Shown here piece after piece: positions 1-12,167 of a stretch of 64,000 bases of DNA. The stretch's first letter is position 1. Each line of letters starts with the position of its first letter. The translations under genes were made by a program, and so were the position numbers. The notes below the pieces were generated by a model, which was given only the letters and a program-made list of their open reading frames with translations, made no database searches and was not told the DNA's origin. Source of the stretch: Octopus sinensis (lineage: Eukaryota); the NCBI RefSeq assembly GCF_006345805.1, contig NC_042999.1, forward strand, positions 92,256,001 through 92,320,000, written 5' to 3'.

Positions 1-626
1 ACATGAAGACCTGGGATGAGGTGGTGAAGCATGACATTTGAACATCAGGCCTCACGAAGGCAATGACAAATGACCAAGACCTTTGGTGATATGCTATGTT
101 TGAGAAGATCCAGCAAGCCAAGGGAAATCATAGCCGTGGTTTATGCCAGTGTCGCATAACCAGGCCATTGGACAATAAACTATGCTTGAGAAGACCTGTT
201 GAGTCAAGTAAAATCATTGTTGCGGCCAATGCCAGTACCACATGACTGGTACCCGTGCTGGTGGCATGTAAAAAGCACCATTTGAGTGTGGCTGATGCCA
301 GTCTCTCCACACTGGCTCCTGTGCCACTAGCACGTAAACTGCACCATTTGAACATGGTCAATGCCAGTGCCAGTTGACTGGCTCCCATGCTGGTGGTACA
401 TAAAAAGCACCATTCAAGCATGGTCACTGCCAGTGCTGCCTGACAGGCCCTTGTGCCAGTGGCACATAAAAAGCACCCTCTACACTCTTGAAGTGGTTGG
501 CATTAGGAAGGGCATCAAGCTGTAGTAACCTTATCAGACCAGATTGGAGCCTTCTGGCTTGCAAGTCCTCAGTCAAATCGTCCAACCCATAGTAGTATGG
601 AAAGTAGATGTTAAACAATGATGATG
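1..626 (+). mobile_element. 3' end of an RTE LINE copy: ORF C-terminus, repeat-containing 3'UTR and (ATG)n tail
   Basis: Start translates as KTWDEVVKHDI, matching the end of the ORF at 12168. The 3'UTR has repeated GGTGGCAYRTAAAAAGCACC units and ends in atgatgatg. Confidence 0.85.
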
Positions 627-1384
627 GTGTCTTATACATATATGAAACATAAATGGACACTGTGCTTAGACTTGGGTCCCATCCCTAAGCAGCTACATTT
701 TTCTGATGCAAATATAAAAATAATTGAAAATGTGCAAGCATCTGAAATCTGCAACACTTTTGGTTCAAATAAATTTCAGATAAGGGATTATCAGCATTGA
801 TATCATTGTCGAATTTACATTAAAATAGCAGCTCGTTTATTAATTAAAGGCAGTATGGTGCATATGCATAGGTCAATGACAGATAAAGGAGTTTCTATGC
901 ATAATGTTGATTAGTTGACAGCAACTTCAAAGTTTTGCTGGTGGTGGCTTATTCAAATCATGAGTTTAAAGCCAAATTTAACATTAGATTCTATACACAT
1001 GTCCTGAGTCTTTTCATCAATCAACACTCATAGATTTTATACATTTGAAACACTTCTCTTTAACTACATGCTATATATGTACACATACATACACACACAC
1101 ACACACACACATAATTCTTATGAATTAACCCTGAAATTGGAACCAATACGGTAATTATGGTTTTTTTAGAAATTTCTATCGGCTTGTTTCGAGACGCATA
1201 AATTATAATAGTTATTGACAATTTTGTCTATTTTTCGGCATATTTGGCATTGGACTTTTTCTTTTGCCCTTATTTTATAAGTTATTTATACATTTAACTT
1301 TTAAAGGTATTTTTTGATATGCTGGCGATTGATAAAATTTTTTTTAGAAAAAATTTTATCCTACATTAGTTATATATATGTATA

Positions 1385-1520
1385 TCATCATCATCATTTA
1401 ACGTCCGCTTTCCATGCTAGCATGGGTTGGACGGTTCAACTGGGGTCTGGGGAGCCCGAAGGCTGCACCAGGCCAGTCAGATCTGGCAGTGTTTCTACAG
1501 CTGGATGCCCTTCCTAATGC

Positions 1521-1523
<3 letters not shown>
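1385..1523 (-). mobile_element. Short RTE 3'-tail insertion between the inverted arms
   Basis: Near-identical to 11549-11686, with a (CAT)n tail on the + strand. Confidence 0.85.
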
Positions 1524-1558
<35 letters not shown>

Positions 1559-1779
1559 TATAACTAATGTAGGATAAAATCTTTTCTAAAAAAAATGTTA
1601 TCAATCGCCAGCATATCAAAAAATACCTTTAAAAGTTAAATGTATAAATAACTTATAAAATAAGGGCAAAAGAAAAAGTCCAATGCCAAATATGCCGAAA
1701 AATAGACAAAATTGTCAATAACCATTATAATTTATGCGTCTCGAAACAAGCCGATAGAAATTTCTAAAAAATCCGTTAT

Positions 1780-1838
1780 TACCGTATTGGTTCCAATTTC
1801 GGGGTTAATTCATAAGAATTTTCCCCTCTTCAGCAATA
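1780..1838 (-). ncRNA. Type I hammerhead ribozyme motif
   Basis: Minus strand reads TATTG-CTGAAGA-GGGG..CCCC-GAAA-TTGG aa CCAA-TA-CGGTA. Both core boxes are intact and stems I-III can form (stem I uses two G-U pairs). Confidence 0.75.
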
Positions 1839-1870
1839 AATACGAAAGACATAAATTAAATACTTACTCA

Positions 1871-1928
1871 TACCCTGAAGAGGGGAAAATTCTTATGAAT
1901 TAACCCCGAAATTGGGACCAATACGGTA
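1871..1928 (+). ncRNA. Hammerhead motif, second copy with imperfect stem I
   Basis: TACC-CTGAAGA-GGGG..CCCC-GAAA-TTGG ga CCAA-TA-CGGTA. Confidence 0.6.
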
Positions 1929-2062
1929 ATAACGGATTTTTAGAAATTTCTATCGGTTTCAAGATGCATAAATTATAATGGTTATTGACAATTTTGTCTT
2001 TTTTTCGGCATATTTGGCATTAGAATTTTTCTTTTGCCCTTATTTTATAAGTTATACATATA

Positions 2063-2471
2063 TCTCTCTATATATAAACGGCAGTTTGTCTGTCTGTGTG
2101 TCTGTGTGTCTGTCAGGTTGTACCCTCACCCTGACCACGGCTTTCAACCGATTCTGATGAAACTTGACACACACATAGCCCAATGTCATAATTCAAAACT
2201 AACGCAGCGGAAATTTTGAAAAGTTCCCCCAGTTTTGAAAAAAAATTGATAAATTCGACATGGGGTCGAGAATCTAAGCTTTTTATATGCAACACATTTT
2301 CTGTTGGGAGCCAGCTAGGAACATCATATACATAGAAGTGTTCGAGTGAAGAGAAGACGTTGCAACCTACACATGCACCTTCGTTCCCTAGAGGGAAAGA
2401 ACTAGATTGGGATTAGTCGTTGCCTACTAGGAGCTCTTACATACCCGGGCAACGCCGGGCTATGCTGCTAG
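2063..2471 (+). mobile_element. Non-autonomous Helitron
   Basis: Starts TC after an A, has the subterminal hairpin CCCGG-gcaacg-CCGGG, ends CTAG before a T, and has no TSD. Confidence 0.75.
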
Positions 2472-2547
2472 TATATATATATATACACATAGAACAGGAA
2501 AGAGAAATTAGGTAAGAACATAAACATACATATATATTTATATATAT

Positions 2548-2912
2548 GGCACAGTAGCGGCTGTGTGGTAAGTAGCTTGCTTAGCAACCACATGGTCCCA
2601 CTGTGTAGAACCTTGGCCAAGTGTCTTCTACTATAGCCTTGGGCTGACCCAAGCTTTCTGAGTGGATTTGGTAGACGGAAACTGAAAGAAGCCTGTCATG
2701 TGTGTGTGTGTGTGTGCATGTTTGTCCCCCATCACTTGACAACCAATGGTGGTGTGTTCACGTGACCATAACTTAGTGGTTCAGCAAAAGAGACCGATAG
2801 AATAAGTAACAGGATTACAAAGAACAAGTCCTGGGGTTGATTTGTTCAACTAAAGGCGGTGCTCCAACATAGCCACAGTCAAATGACTGAAACAAATAAA
2901 AGAATAAAAGAA
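2548..2912 (+). mobile_element. tRNA-derived CORE-like SINE
   Basis: Similar to the copies at 6803, 35417 and 42490: A-box-like head, ccttggccaagtgtcttc core, internal (TG)n, aaaagaat tail. Confidence 0.8.
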
Positions 2913-2916
2913 TATA

Positions 2917-4524
2917 CAGTAGTGACCATAATATAAGGGTCAGTAAGAACATGTGTACTGAAATATTTATTATAGAAGATTAACAAAATGCTGAGACTAG
3001 ATATTTTACACATATTTAGATATTTCTGATACCTATCTTTCATGAAAATTTCAAGTGAATGGAATAAATATTACGAGGAAATAAACAAATAATCTTCCAA
3101 ACTGCAATGACCGAAAGTTAAGAGTCACTTAGAAGAGTAATGATAAATGGAACAAGAATAAAAACCCTTACTGCTAATATTTTGTGAACCTCCCTTTACT
3201 ATCAATGACCTCCTGACATCTGTTACCACAGGACTGAATAAATTTCTTGCAAAATGATGGAGTAATATTGTTCTATTCGTTTTCCAATAATCCCCAGAGT
3301 TCATCTGGATTCTTTGGATTTCTCTTTCGCACCCCATTTCCAATAATCTTCCAAACGTTTTCTATAGGGTTGAGATCGGGACTTAGAGGTGGCCAGTCGA
3401 TGAGATCAACCCCTTCATCACTCAAAAAAATCTTTGACTTTCTTCACAGTGTAACAGGGAGTGTTGACCTGCACAAAGATAGGAAGTCGAACTGACAAGG
3501 ATCGGAGATGTGGAAGGGCATGTTGTCCAAAAATCTGCTTGTAGATTTCAGCATTGAAAGTCCCTTGTAGGCGAATAAGTGAACCAATACCAGCAGCAGA
3601 GATCACTCCTCATACCATTATGCTGCCTCCTCCATATTTCACTGTCTTCTTCACACATGCACGAGATAATCTTTTGCCACTTCTTCATCGGATTTACATC
3701 CAGCCATCGGAACCAATTAGATTAAACTTTGATTCATCGCTAAAATGAACCTGCAACCACTGTTCTTCTGTCCAAATGACATGTTCATGAGTGAAACAAA
3801 AACAGGCTTTTTGATTCTTCTTGGAGATTAGAGGTTTCTTTGCCAGTGCCCAAGCAAGCAACCCAGAATCTCATAACCTCCGAGAAAATGTTTTGCACGA
3901 TATGTTGACATTGGAAGTGGAGCTAAGCTCATGGGATATCTCAGCAGCACTCTCAAACATATCTTTCAATGACATTCTAACCATAATATAATCCTGTATT
4001 GGTGAAGTTTTAGAAGGTCTTCCAGTTTTGGGTTTAGCATCTGTCAATCCTGATAACTTAAAATGAGCTACAATTCATTGCACAACTTCTAGACCTTCCT
4101 ACAATAGTTGCTATCGCAGAATTTGACTTGCCTTCTTGGTGAAGGCACACAATCCTTTGTTTTTCATCCCAGGACAGCAGTCATCTCTCACAAGCCACCA
4201 TGTTGACAGTTAAATGTTTCAGTAATGTAAGATCTAAAAAGTAACTGTTAGCCCATTAACAGTCTTCTAAATAAGAAATATTTTAATTAGTAGTTAAATT
4301 TTTCTAAGTGACCCTTAACTTTTGGCCACTACAATTTGGAAGATTGTTTATCTCCTCATACTTTACAAAACATTTATTCCATTCAGTTGAAATTTTTACG
4401 AAAGATAAATATTAGATATATCTAAATATGTGTAAAATATCTAGTCCCAACGTTTTGTTAATCTTCTGTAATAACTATTTCAATACACTTGTTCATACTG
4501 ACCCTTATATTATGGCCACCACAG
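2917..4524 (-). mobile_element. Tc1-family DNA transposon of IR/DR type with decayed transposase
   Basis: About 210-bp TIRs (2917-3130 and 4306-4524) with inner and outer repeats, flanked by TA. Minus-strand motifs HFSDESKFNL and WPPLSPDLNPIENVW, disrupted by stops and frameshifts. Confidence 0.9.
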
Positions 4525-4631
4525 TATGTGTTACTTTGAAGTTGACAAATTCTTCATTACTTCAAGCTTTTCAGAGTGGCAAAGAACTTCATTCAATGTG
4601 CTCTCTTTCTCTCTTTCTGTGTGTGTGTGTG

Positions 4632-4674
<43 letters not shown>

Positions 4675-5011
4675 TATATATAAGATTAGTAGAGTTAGAG
4701 GTTGGAATAACCATCTAAGGGATAAAAGTATCCATTATACTACCAGTATAATTACCTATGTTAACCCTGGACATACATATGCAAGCATATTATACTCATA
4801 GATTACAGGTAATGACAAAAAATAAACATGAGTTTATCAGGAATCAAATATGATGAATATTATTTTTAGAATATCAATTGTAATACTATATAACACTGGA
4901 AGCAAAAACAGCTGTAAGATGGGATACAGTCTATTTGTATTGAATTAAAAAATAATAATTGATGTAAGTCAATTGTTGTTGATCAATATTTCTCTATTTT
5001 CTGTTACTTTT

Positions 5012-5055
<44 letters not shown>

Positions 5056-5058
5056 TCA

Positions 5059-5585
5059 CAGGGTGTCGCAAAAAGATGTACTCACTCTTTGACAGATGAT
5101 GTACGGGCTTACCTCAATGCAACAAATCCAAACAAATGGATTGGGAGGAGAGGTAGCGTTGAATTTCCTGCACGTTCCCCAGACCTCACACCAATGGATT
5201 TTTTTTTTTTATAGGGACATCTTAAAGATAAGGTTTACACTGCAGAACCAGTGACAATTCATGGTCTGAAAAATGAAAATCGAATAGAATGTCTTGCAAC
5301 TCCAAATGAAATGTTTGGCAATGTTGTCAAATCCACCGTTGGACATTATCAGCTTTGTTTGGAAAATAAAGGAAGGCAGTTTGAACATTTGCAAACACGC
5401 AGGAATGAGAGAGAACATTAAATAATTCTAAATGACAATAAATAATCGTTTCTACAACAATTTATTTTCCTGAATTTAATTTAACTTTTTTAGGATTGTA
5501 TGTATATCAATAAACATCTACTTGAACACAAAATGCATGAGTACTGGGAAGTCAAAGAGTGAGTACATTTTTTTGGGACACCCTG
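5059..5585 (+). mobile_element. Internally deleted Tc1/mariner-superfamily element
   Basis: TIRs cagggtgtcgcaaaaagatgtactcactctttgac / gtcaaagagtgagtacatttttttgggacaccctg. Transposase C-terminal motif WIGRRGSVEFPARSPDLTPMDFF. Sits in a (TA)n run. Confidence 0.85.
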
Positions 5586-5586
5586 T

Positions 5587-5628
<42 letters not shown>

Positions 5629-6802
5629 GTGTATGTATGTATTTATATATATATATATACATACACATATTTGTATAAAATCATTTTCGGTTTATGTCCA
5701 CTTTCCATCCTGGAATGAGTTGAGTAATTCAACATGGTCCAATTGGTTCAGTTGACATCCCCGCCTCTTCCAATGCCTCTGTTCTGATATGAATTCTATA
5801 GCCCAATGCCATTCTTAACGCCAACCACTTTAAAGAATGAATTGGGTGCTTGTTTTGTGGTAAATGCGTGTGTGTGTGTGTGTGTGCATTTTCGTGTGTA
5901 CATGTGTGTGTTTATCTCTTAGTCAGGAGCAAAGCAGTGGCCATGACCCTTTACAAGGCTTCTGAGATTAATGGGGTAGGGAGAGAGGAGACTATCCTCA
6001 AGCTGGAGACCTGCCTGTCTCTCCACTCCAAATGCTTGCAATAGAGACTCCACTAAAGATACCCAAGATACTAGATGGTGGTGTTAAACCAGATTAAGTC
6101 TAGTGTTGGTGTGTATGTGTATATATAATGTATGTATATACACATATGTTTGTATATAATTCACAATTACACAATACATCCTATATATATATATATCCTT
6201 ATAATGATATGAATTGCATGTGTATTTGCCTTTATAAGTCTAAAATACTCATTCTATTGATAATCATCTAATCATGTGAAAAATTCTCCATAAGAGATTA
6301 TTTGAAAGAATATTACAATCGCACAAACTTCATTCAAGTCACATGGAAAATGATAACTCTATTGTGAGGGTATAACTAAAATTCAATAACATTTGTATTT
6401 CTTCAACATTACCAGCATTGCCATTGTTGTTACCATTGTTCTCATTTTAAATCATTGATTCTCTCATACTTGCATATGAAAGACAGCTCTGTCATACAAT
6501 ATATCACCCTCATAAAATTCTTTTGCCATCTTGTTTGTGAGGTTGCCATCTTGAGATCTGATCTGACCTTTTCTTTGTTGAATACCTTCATGTTTCCCTG
6601 CTGTGAGTTTATTCTTCTGTCAGTATACACCATTTTTTTTACTTATTATCTGTACATGTAACAAGGATTGTCATCTCTCCTGCATACTTCAATTAATAAC
6701 ATTCATGTTCAGGAACCCTCTAAGTATACCTGCACATTAATCTTTGAGAAAGTTACTTTTGCACATCAGATTATGTTTCACACAGTTTTTTCCAATTTCT
6801 GT

Positions 6803-7190
6803 AGGCACAGGAGTGGCCACATGCTTCTGGGTTCATTCCCACTGTGTGGCACCTTGGGCAAGTGTCTTCTACTATAGCCTTGGGCCGACCAATGCCTTGT
6901 GAGTGAATTTGGTAGACGGAAACTGAAAGAAGCTCGTCGTATATGTGTATGTGTGTATATGTGTGTGTGTGTGTGTATGTTTGTATGTCTGTGTTTGTCC
7001 CACCAACATCGCTTGACAACCAATGGTGGTGTGTTTACCTCCCTGTAACTTAGCAGTTCGGCAAAAGAGACCGATAGAATAAATACTAGGCTTACAAAAA
7101 ATAATTCCTGGGGTTGATTTGCTCGACGAAAGGCAGTGCTCCATCATGGCCACAGTCAAATGATTGAAACAAGTAAGAGAGTAAAAGAGT
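6803..7190 (+). mobile_element. tRNA-derived CORE-like SINE
   Basis: B-box-like ggttcattccc, accttgggcaagtgtc core, internal microsatellite, (gtaaaaga)n tail. Confidence 0.85.
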
Positions 7191-7516
7191 ATGCACAACA
7201 TTCAATGTTCGTTTTTCACTTATAAAGGAGAGGTCCATTTACATTCACCAGAAGGAACTTTTTCTAAAAGATCTTTTCCTTAGTTTTTCATTACAATGGC
7301 TTTGCCTCAAAATAACAGATTTGTATTTATTTTGAGAAGAATATTAGCTATAAAAGCCCTAACCTTCCAAATAATCCTGGAGCTTCAACACTCATCATAT
7401 CCATCCTGAGCAAGCCATGATTATTCAGCAACAATGGCACTCACATCTATGTTTTAATTAAATTTCATTAATGCATCAAACTTTCTCAACATTTCAGAGA
7501 ATGATCTATCATATAA

Positions 7517-8086
7517 TTGGGTTGTCCGGAAAGTTGGTGCCAATTTTTAAAAGAAAGGAAAAGGTCAATAAATTCTTGCCATTACATTTTTAATCAACCA
7601 AATACGAACCATTTTGTTGCACAATGCATCTCCATCTTTCCTTTAACTTGAAAATGCCCACTTCCCAGAATTGAGGTGATTTCATGGCAAAGAGTTCACC
7701 AAGGTATCTTTTTACATCATCCAAGGAATTGAAATTTTTACCATTAAGACTATTCTACAGATATCTGAATAAATGGAAATCTGAAGGAGCAATATCTGGT
7801 GAATATGGTGGGTGGGTGGGGTAACACATCTCAGCCGAGCTGCAGCAATTTTTGTATGGTTACCAAAGTATCAAGTGCCGAAAATGAACTTTCTTATCTT
7901 CCATTTTAAAAGGTTACAGAATTAACACAGGTTATAGGAGCATAAACCTTCTTCTACGAAAAAATAGCTTAAACTGTGCTCTAAATGGAGGTATAGTCAT
8001 TTCCTATTTTATGGACTCAACTATATTCTAAAATAAGTCGAAAGGTAAGCTACTATAAATTAGCATGAACTTTCCAGACAACCCAA
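7517..8086 (-). mobile_element. Internally deleted mariner element
   Basis: TIRs ttgggttgtccggaaagtt / aactttccagacaacccaa. Minus strand gives PYSPDIAPSDFHLF and KERWRCIVQQNGSY. Confidence 0.85.
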
Positions 8087-9261
8087 TATATCAGTATGAG
8101 AACACTTCCTTATTTTGGCTTTTTCACATCAATTCAAGAACTCTTCTTTGACTGCCAGTACAACGTACATTTCAACATTAACATTGTTGAGTTACATTGA
8201 TCATAAGTAGTATTTCTATGCCAATTTTGTAAAAACTTGCTCCTCAAACTATTCTGTAGATTTACCTACTAACTAAAAGTTATTTTTCCCACATTTAATT
8301 TTACCAAATGCAGAGAATTTTGCTGGTATATGCTTATATTCACAGAATGAGATTCACACTTGTTTCCACCAACATATGTGACAGTGATATTATCAATTTT
8401 ACTTTTACTTTCTTTATTTTTTTAAACATATTAAATAAGGTAAGCTGAGGCACTAATTTCATAGTTCTCAGATAGATAAAAATCAAAGCCTACCTCAGCA
8501 GGATTTGAATTCAGAATATAGAGGGCAAAATTAAATAATGATGATGATAACAATGACAACAATAACAACCAACACCACCACCAACAACAACAACTACAAT
8601 GCCATTGCTGCTGCCACCACCAATATTGATTGGATCACTTTTCATGTTAAGAATAGTCAATTACATCAACATACTAAATAACACTTATTGATGAAAGGAT
8701 GAATGATAAAGTTAACTTTTCAAATAATTTCCAAGCAGAAGATACAAAGATATTTAATCTATAGCTTCCTCATTTCTGCAAATCTTTATCCCTTCTAATA
8801 ACAAGAATAATGATCTTTATCACTGGCATTTTGAGTTGAGGTTTGGCAAATGTTTTACTGTTCCTGAAAAGATGTTAAAGTTAACACCAGTAAGAATTTA
8901 ATTCAGTAAAACTAAGTACCTCAAGGCACTTTGTCCGACACTGTCAAATTCATCATCTAGTGCACACCTAATTATCATAATAATGATTTAGAATAGTTAT
9001 ATTATGTCACATATTTTTGTTTAGAGCACATATGATTACATTAACTACATTGCTTGACTGGCAGTGATGATTGTCAAAGTCAACTAGTGTGATTCAAAGC
9101 GAGAATGTAAAGGATGTAATTGATTATAGCGAAGTATTTTGTTCGATGATTTACTGATCCTGCTATCCATCACCCTTATAAAAATAGTAAAACCATCAAC
9201 ATTATCAGCAGCAATAGTTACAGAAATTAAGATACACTGAAGAATAATTTTCCAATCTTAC

Positions 9262-9483
9262 CATTCCAAATATGAGAGATTCACATAAAGCTGAGGATGG
9301 TAATACTTGCTTGATGCAAACTATGATCAAAGGATGTGTTGTTCGAGATAAATTTGATCCTGGGGACAGCAAAGGCTTGCCACTTGTGTTTTCCATACAG
9401 AGGAGCTGCATTTGTGTTTTCATAAATATTGATAAGACAAAAACCAAAGGAATTATTAATAAAACAAAATCAATGTAATTAAG
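9262..9483 (-). CDS. Candidate host exon (phase 0/0) LNYIDFVLLIIPLVFVLSIFM...ESLIFGM, with a hydrophobic segment
   Basis: tttctacag acceptor, ATG|gtaaga donor, 74 open codons, phase-compatible with the exon at 9671-9768. Confidence 0.45.
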
Positions 9484-9670
9484 CTGTAGAAATATATTCT
9501 AAGATACAAACATAAACTTAATTATTAACTTCATATGATATGTGTGTGTATGTACGTATATATGTATGAATGCATGTGTGTGCATGTATGTATATATGTA
9601 TATATGAATATATGTATGTGCATATATATGTATGTATTTTAATAAACCAGATATATGTGTAAAAACTAAC

Positions 9671-9768
9671 ACTTTCTTTTTCTGAGCTGAGATTCAAAAC
9701 TGAATCTAAGGATTCTCGCTCATCTGATCCACCACTGGTCAAACAGGCAAGAAAGAAATTTCTTTTTC
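9671..9768 (-). CDS. Candidate host exon (phase 1/0) RKRNFFLACLTSGGSDERESLDSVLNLSSEKES
   Basis: cttcttgacag acceptor and gttagt donor; the phase bridges the microexon and the 9262-9483 exon. The opposite strand is also open here, so this is tentative. Confidence 0.35.
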
Positions 9769-10364
9769 CTGTCAAGAAGTGATGGATGGTTTTTACCTTT
9801 GGCCTACGACCTCAGCTGTGTCATTTAAGGTTTAAGTGGACAGGAGGCGACCTACATAGGTAGGAATTTCTGCTGTTGTATGTTTGTCCTTCTAGTTGTC
9901 ATGACCATTATAAATACAACAATCCTTCAAGGGATGGGAGTGAGAGAGATAGCCAGAGGCGAGACAGCCAGCAAGTAACTTCGCCAGTTGAGCAGGCAAC
10001 AAAGAACCAGATATTCAGCATGAACGACCCAACACAGAAGTAGAAGCTGAACATAAACAGACACCACTGAATGATCAATGCACACAGACTCAAAATATGT
10101 CCAGTTCTACCTCATCATATCAACACAGTATGTACCCTGTTAATTTCTTTTTGGCCAGCTCGAAGTAAGTTGGTAATGTCATGTAGTGAGATTTTTGGTG
10201 TATTACAAGTAAATGCAAGTGTCGTTTAAATAAATTATTTAAACTACAATCCGATGCTTTCCAACTGTTTTACTTTGATGTTGCCCCCATGCCTATTTCA
10301 CCTGCTACCTCAACATCTTTTGCTACACCTTTCCCACCACATATGTAAACAATCTCATACTTAC

Positions 10365-10383
10365 TATGAAGGTAACTTGAAAT
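10365..10383 (-). CDS. Candidate 19-nt microexon ISSYLH (phase 0/1)
   Basis: ttcaacttttag acceptor and consensus gtaagt donor; in phase with 15103-15182. Confidence 0.5.
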
Positions 10384-10908
10384 CTAAAAGTTGAAATTAA
10401 TAATAAATAAATAATGGTGAAATATTAACCAACTAATTCAAAGTAGTCATAATCTCTCATTTAAGTACTGAAACCTTATAATGCGTCAATACAATATAGG
10501 TTTATTGTCTTGTTTACTTGAAAATAACATCACCAACACCACCATAAAAAAAAAAATTATAGGAAAGATTACATTGCATTTAGATAAATAAATTTTGAAT
10601 ATATTAAGTTCTAGTATATTAACTTGCTTCATACACTCCATTCAATATGAATCTTCCCTTGCAGAAATACTGCATTTGTTTACACATAAAAAAATTATTC
10701 ATAAATATGTTATGTTGTATGTACTGGGTCTTAGAGTTATACCTTCTAACTGCTATGATAGAGTACTTGCAACAGGTTTATTTTGCAATCAGATACATGG
10801 AAGAAAAAAAAATATACATATATATAAGAAAAGGCAAGTAACATGTAATGACAGAAGCAAAGGAAATAATAGCCATTAAGCATGTAGCTATAGATATTCT
10901 ATACTTAT

Positions 10909-11124
10909 GCCGTTTGCCAGCTCTGTCTGGCACCTGTGCGGGTGGCACATAAAAAGCACCCACTACACTCATGGAGTGGTTGGCGTTAGGAAGGGCATCC
11001 AGCCATAGAAACACTGCCAGATCTGACTAGGCCTGATAAAGCCTTCCGGCTTCACAGACCCCAGTTGAACCGTCCAACCCATGCTAGCATGGAAAACGGA
11101 CGCTAAACGATGATGATGATGATG
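10909..11124 (+). mobile_element. RTE 3'UTR fragment with (GAT)n tail
   Basis: Reverse complement of about 11549-11760. Confidence 0.85.
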
Positions 11125-11711
11125 CCTAGCCAACAACCTTACAACATACTGTACTGGTTAATAATAGCACAGCATTGTGAGTAAAACTATAAGTAAAATT
11201 ATGGATCTTTGAAGTACTTTGATCAAGATATTGCAATTCAAGATTATACTGATGTTCTCTGCTCCTAAGTTTGGGAAACCTGCAAGTTAGTTTGTTAGCT
11301 CATGGACAAACTACTTACATGAATAGTTTGTTCATGAGTGGGTAGCAAGGAAAGTAGGAGAAAACTGATAATGACAATGATATTTATGATTGTGTATGCT
11401 ATATTTTTTTTACTCTTGAAGCTATCATGTACTTTTATGTCAGGTCTGTGAGTAGGTTTTTTTACTCTGTTAGTGTTTAATATCAGAATGTTTAAATACT
11501 TTGTGTTTTGTCTCTGTGGAATACATGCATTTATGCTAAAAATTTATATCATCATCATCGTTTAACGTCCGCTTTCCATGCTAGCATGGGTTGGACGGTT
11601 CAACTGGGGTCTGGCAAGCCCGAAGGCTGCACCAGGCCAGTCAGATCTGGCAGTGTTTCTACAGCTGGATGCCCTTCCTAATGCCAACCACTCCGAGAGT
11701 GTAGTGGGTGA

Positions 11712-11990
11712 TTTTATGTGCCACCGACACAGGTGCCAGACGAGGCTGGCAGACGGCCACGCTCGGATGGTGTTTTTTATGTGCCACCGACACAGGTGCC
11801 AGACGAGGCTGGCTGACGGCCACGCTCGGATGGTGTTTTCTTATGTGTCACCGACACAGGTGCCAGACGGGGCTGGCGGACGGCCACGCTCGGATGGTGT
11901 TTGTTACGTGCCCTCAGCACGGAGGCCAGTCGTTGCGGTACTGGCTACGATCACGTTCGGATGGTTTTCTTATGTGCCACCGGCACTGGT
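11712..11990 (-). repeat. About 63-bp tandem units in the RTE 3'UTR
   Basis: Four to five copies of tatgtgccaccgacacaggtgccagacgaggctggcngacggccacgctcggatggtg, becoming progressively more diverged. Confidence 0.85.
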
Positions 11991-12167
11991 ACCACAAGGA
12001 TACAAATTCCATTGATGTTCATCTATTTTGATTTGGTTCGATTTGATTTGATTTGATTCGATTCGATTCTCACTTGCCTCAACAGGTCTTCACAAGTGTC
12101 ACAAGAAGGAAGGTATGCACAGGTGGACTGACTACGTCCCAGGTAGGGGCCACGGATTATGGCTTCA

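Larger units (their letters stand above)
1113..2056. mobile_element. Three copies (+,-,+) of a Penelope-like pseudo-LTR unit
   Basis: 1113-1384 is nearly the reverse complement of 1552-1820, and 1871-2056 is another direct copy. The unit carries a hammerhead motif and ends in TA-rich runs. Confidence 0.7.

Noticed and set aside
225-480. CRISPR-like appearance (conserved core with variable spacers)
   Set aside because: Eukaryotic LINE 3'UTR; spacers are related to each other and there are no cas genes.
11578-12031. 145-aa and 107-aa ORFs with repeated peptides
   Set aside because: Antisense readings of the RTE 3'UTR tandem units.
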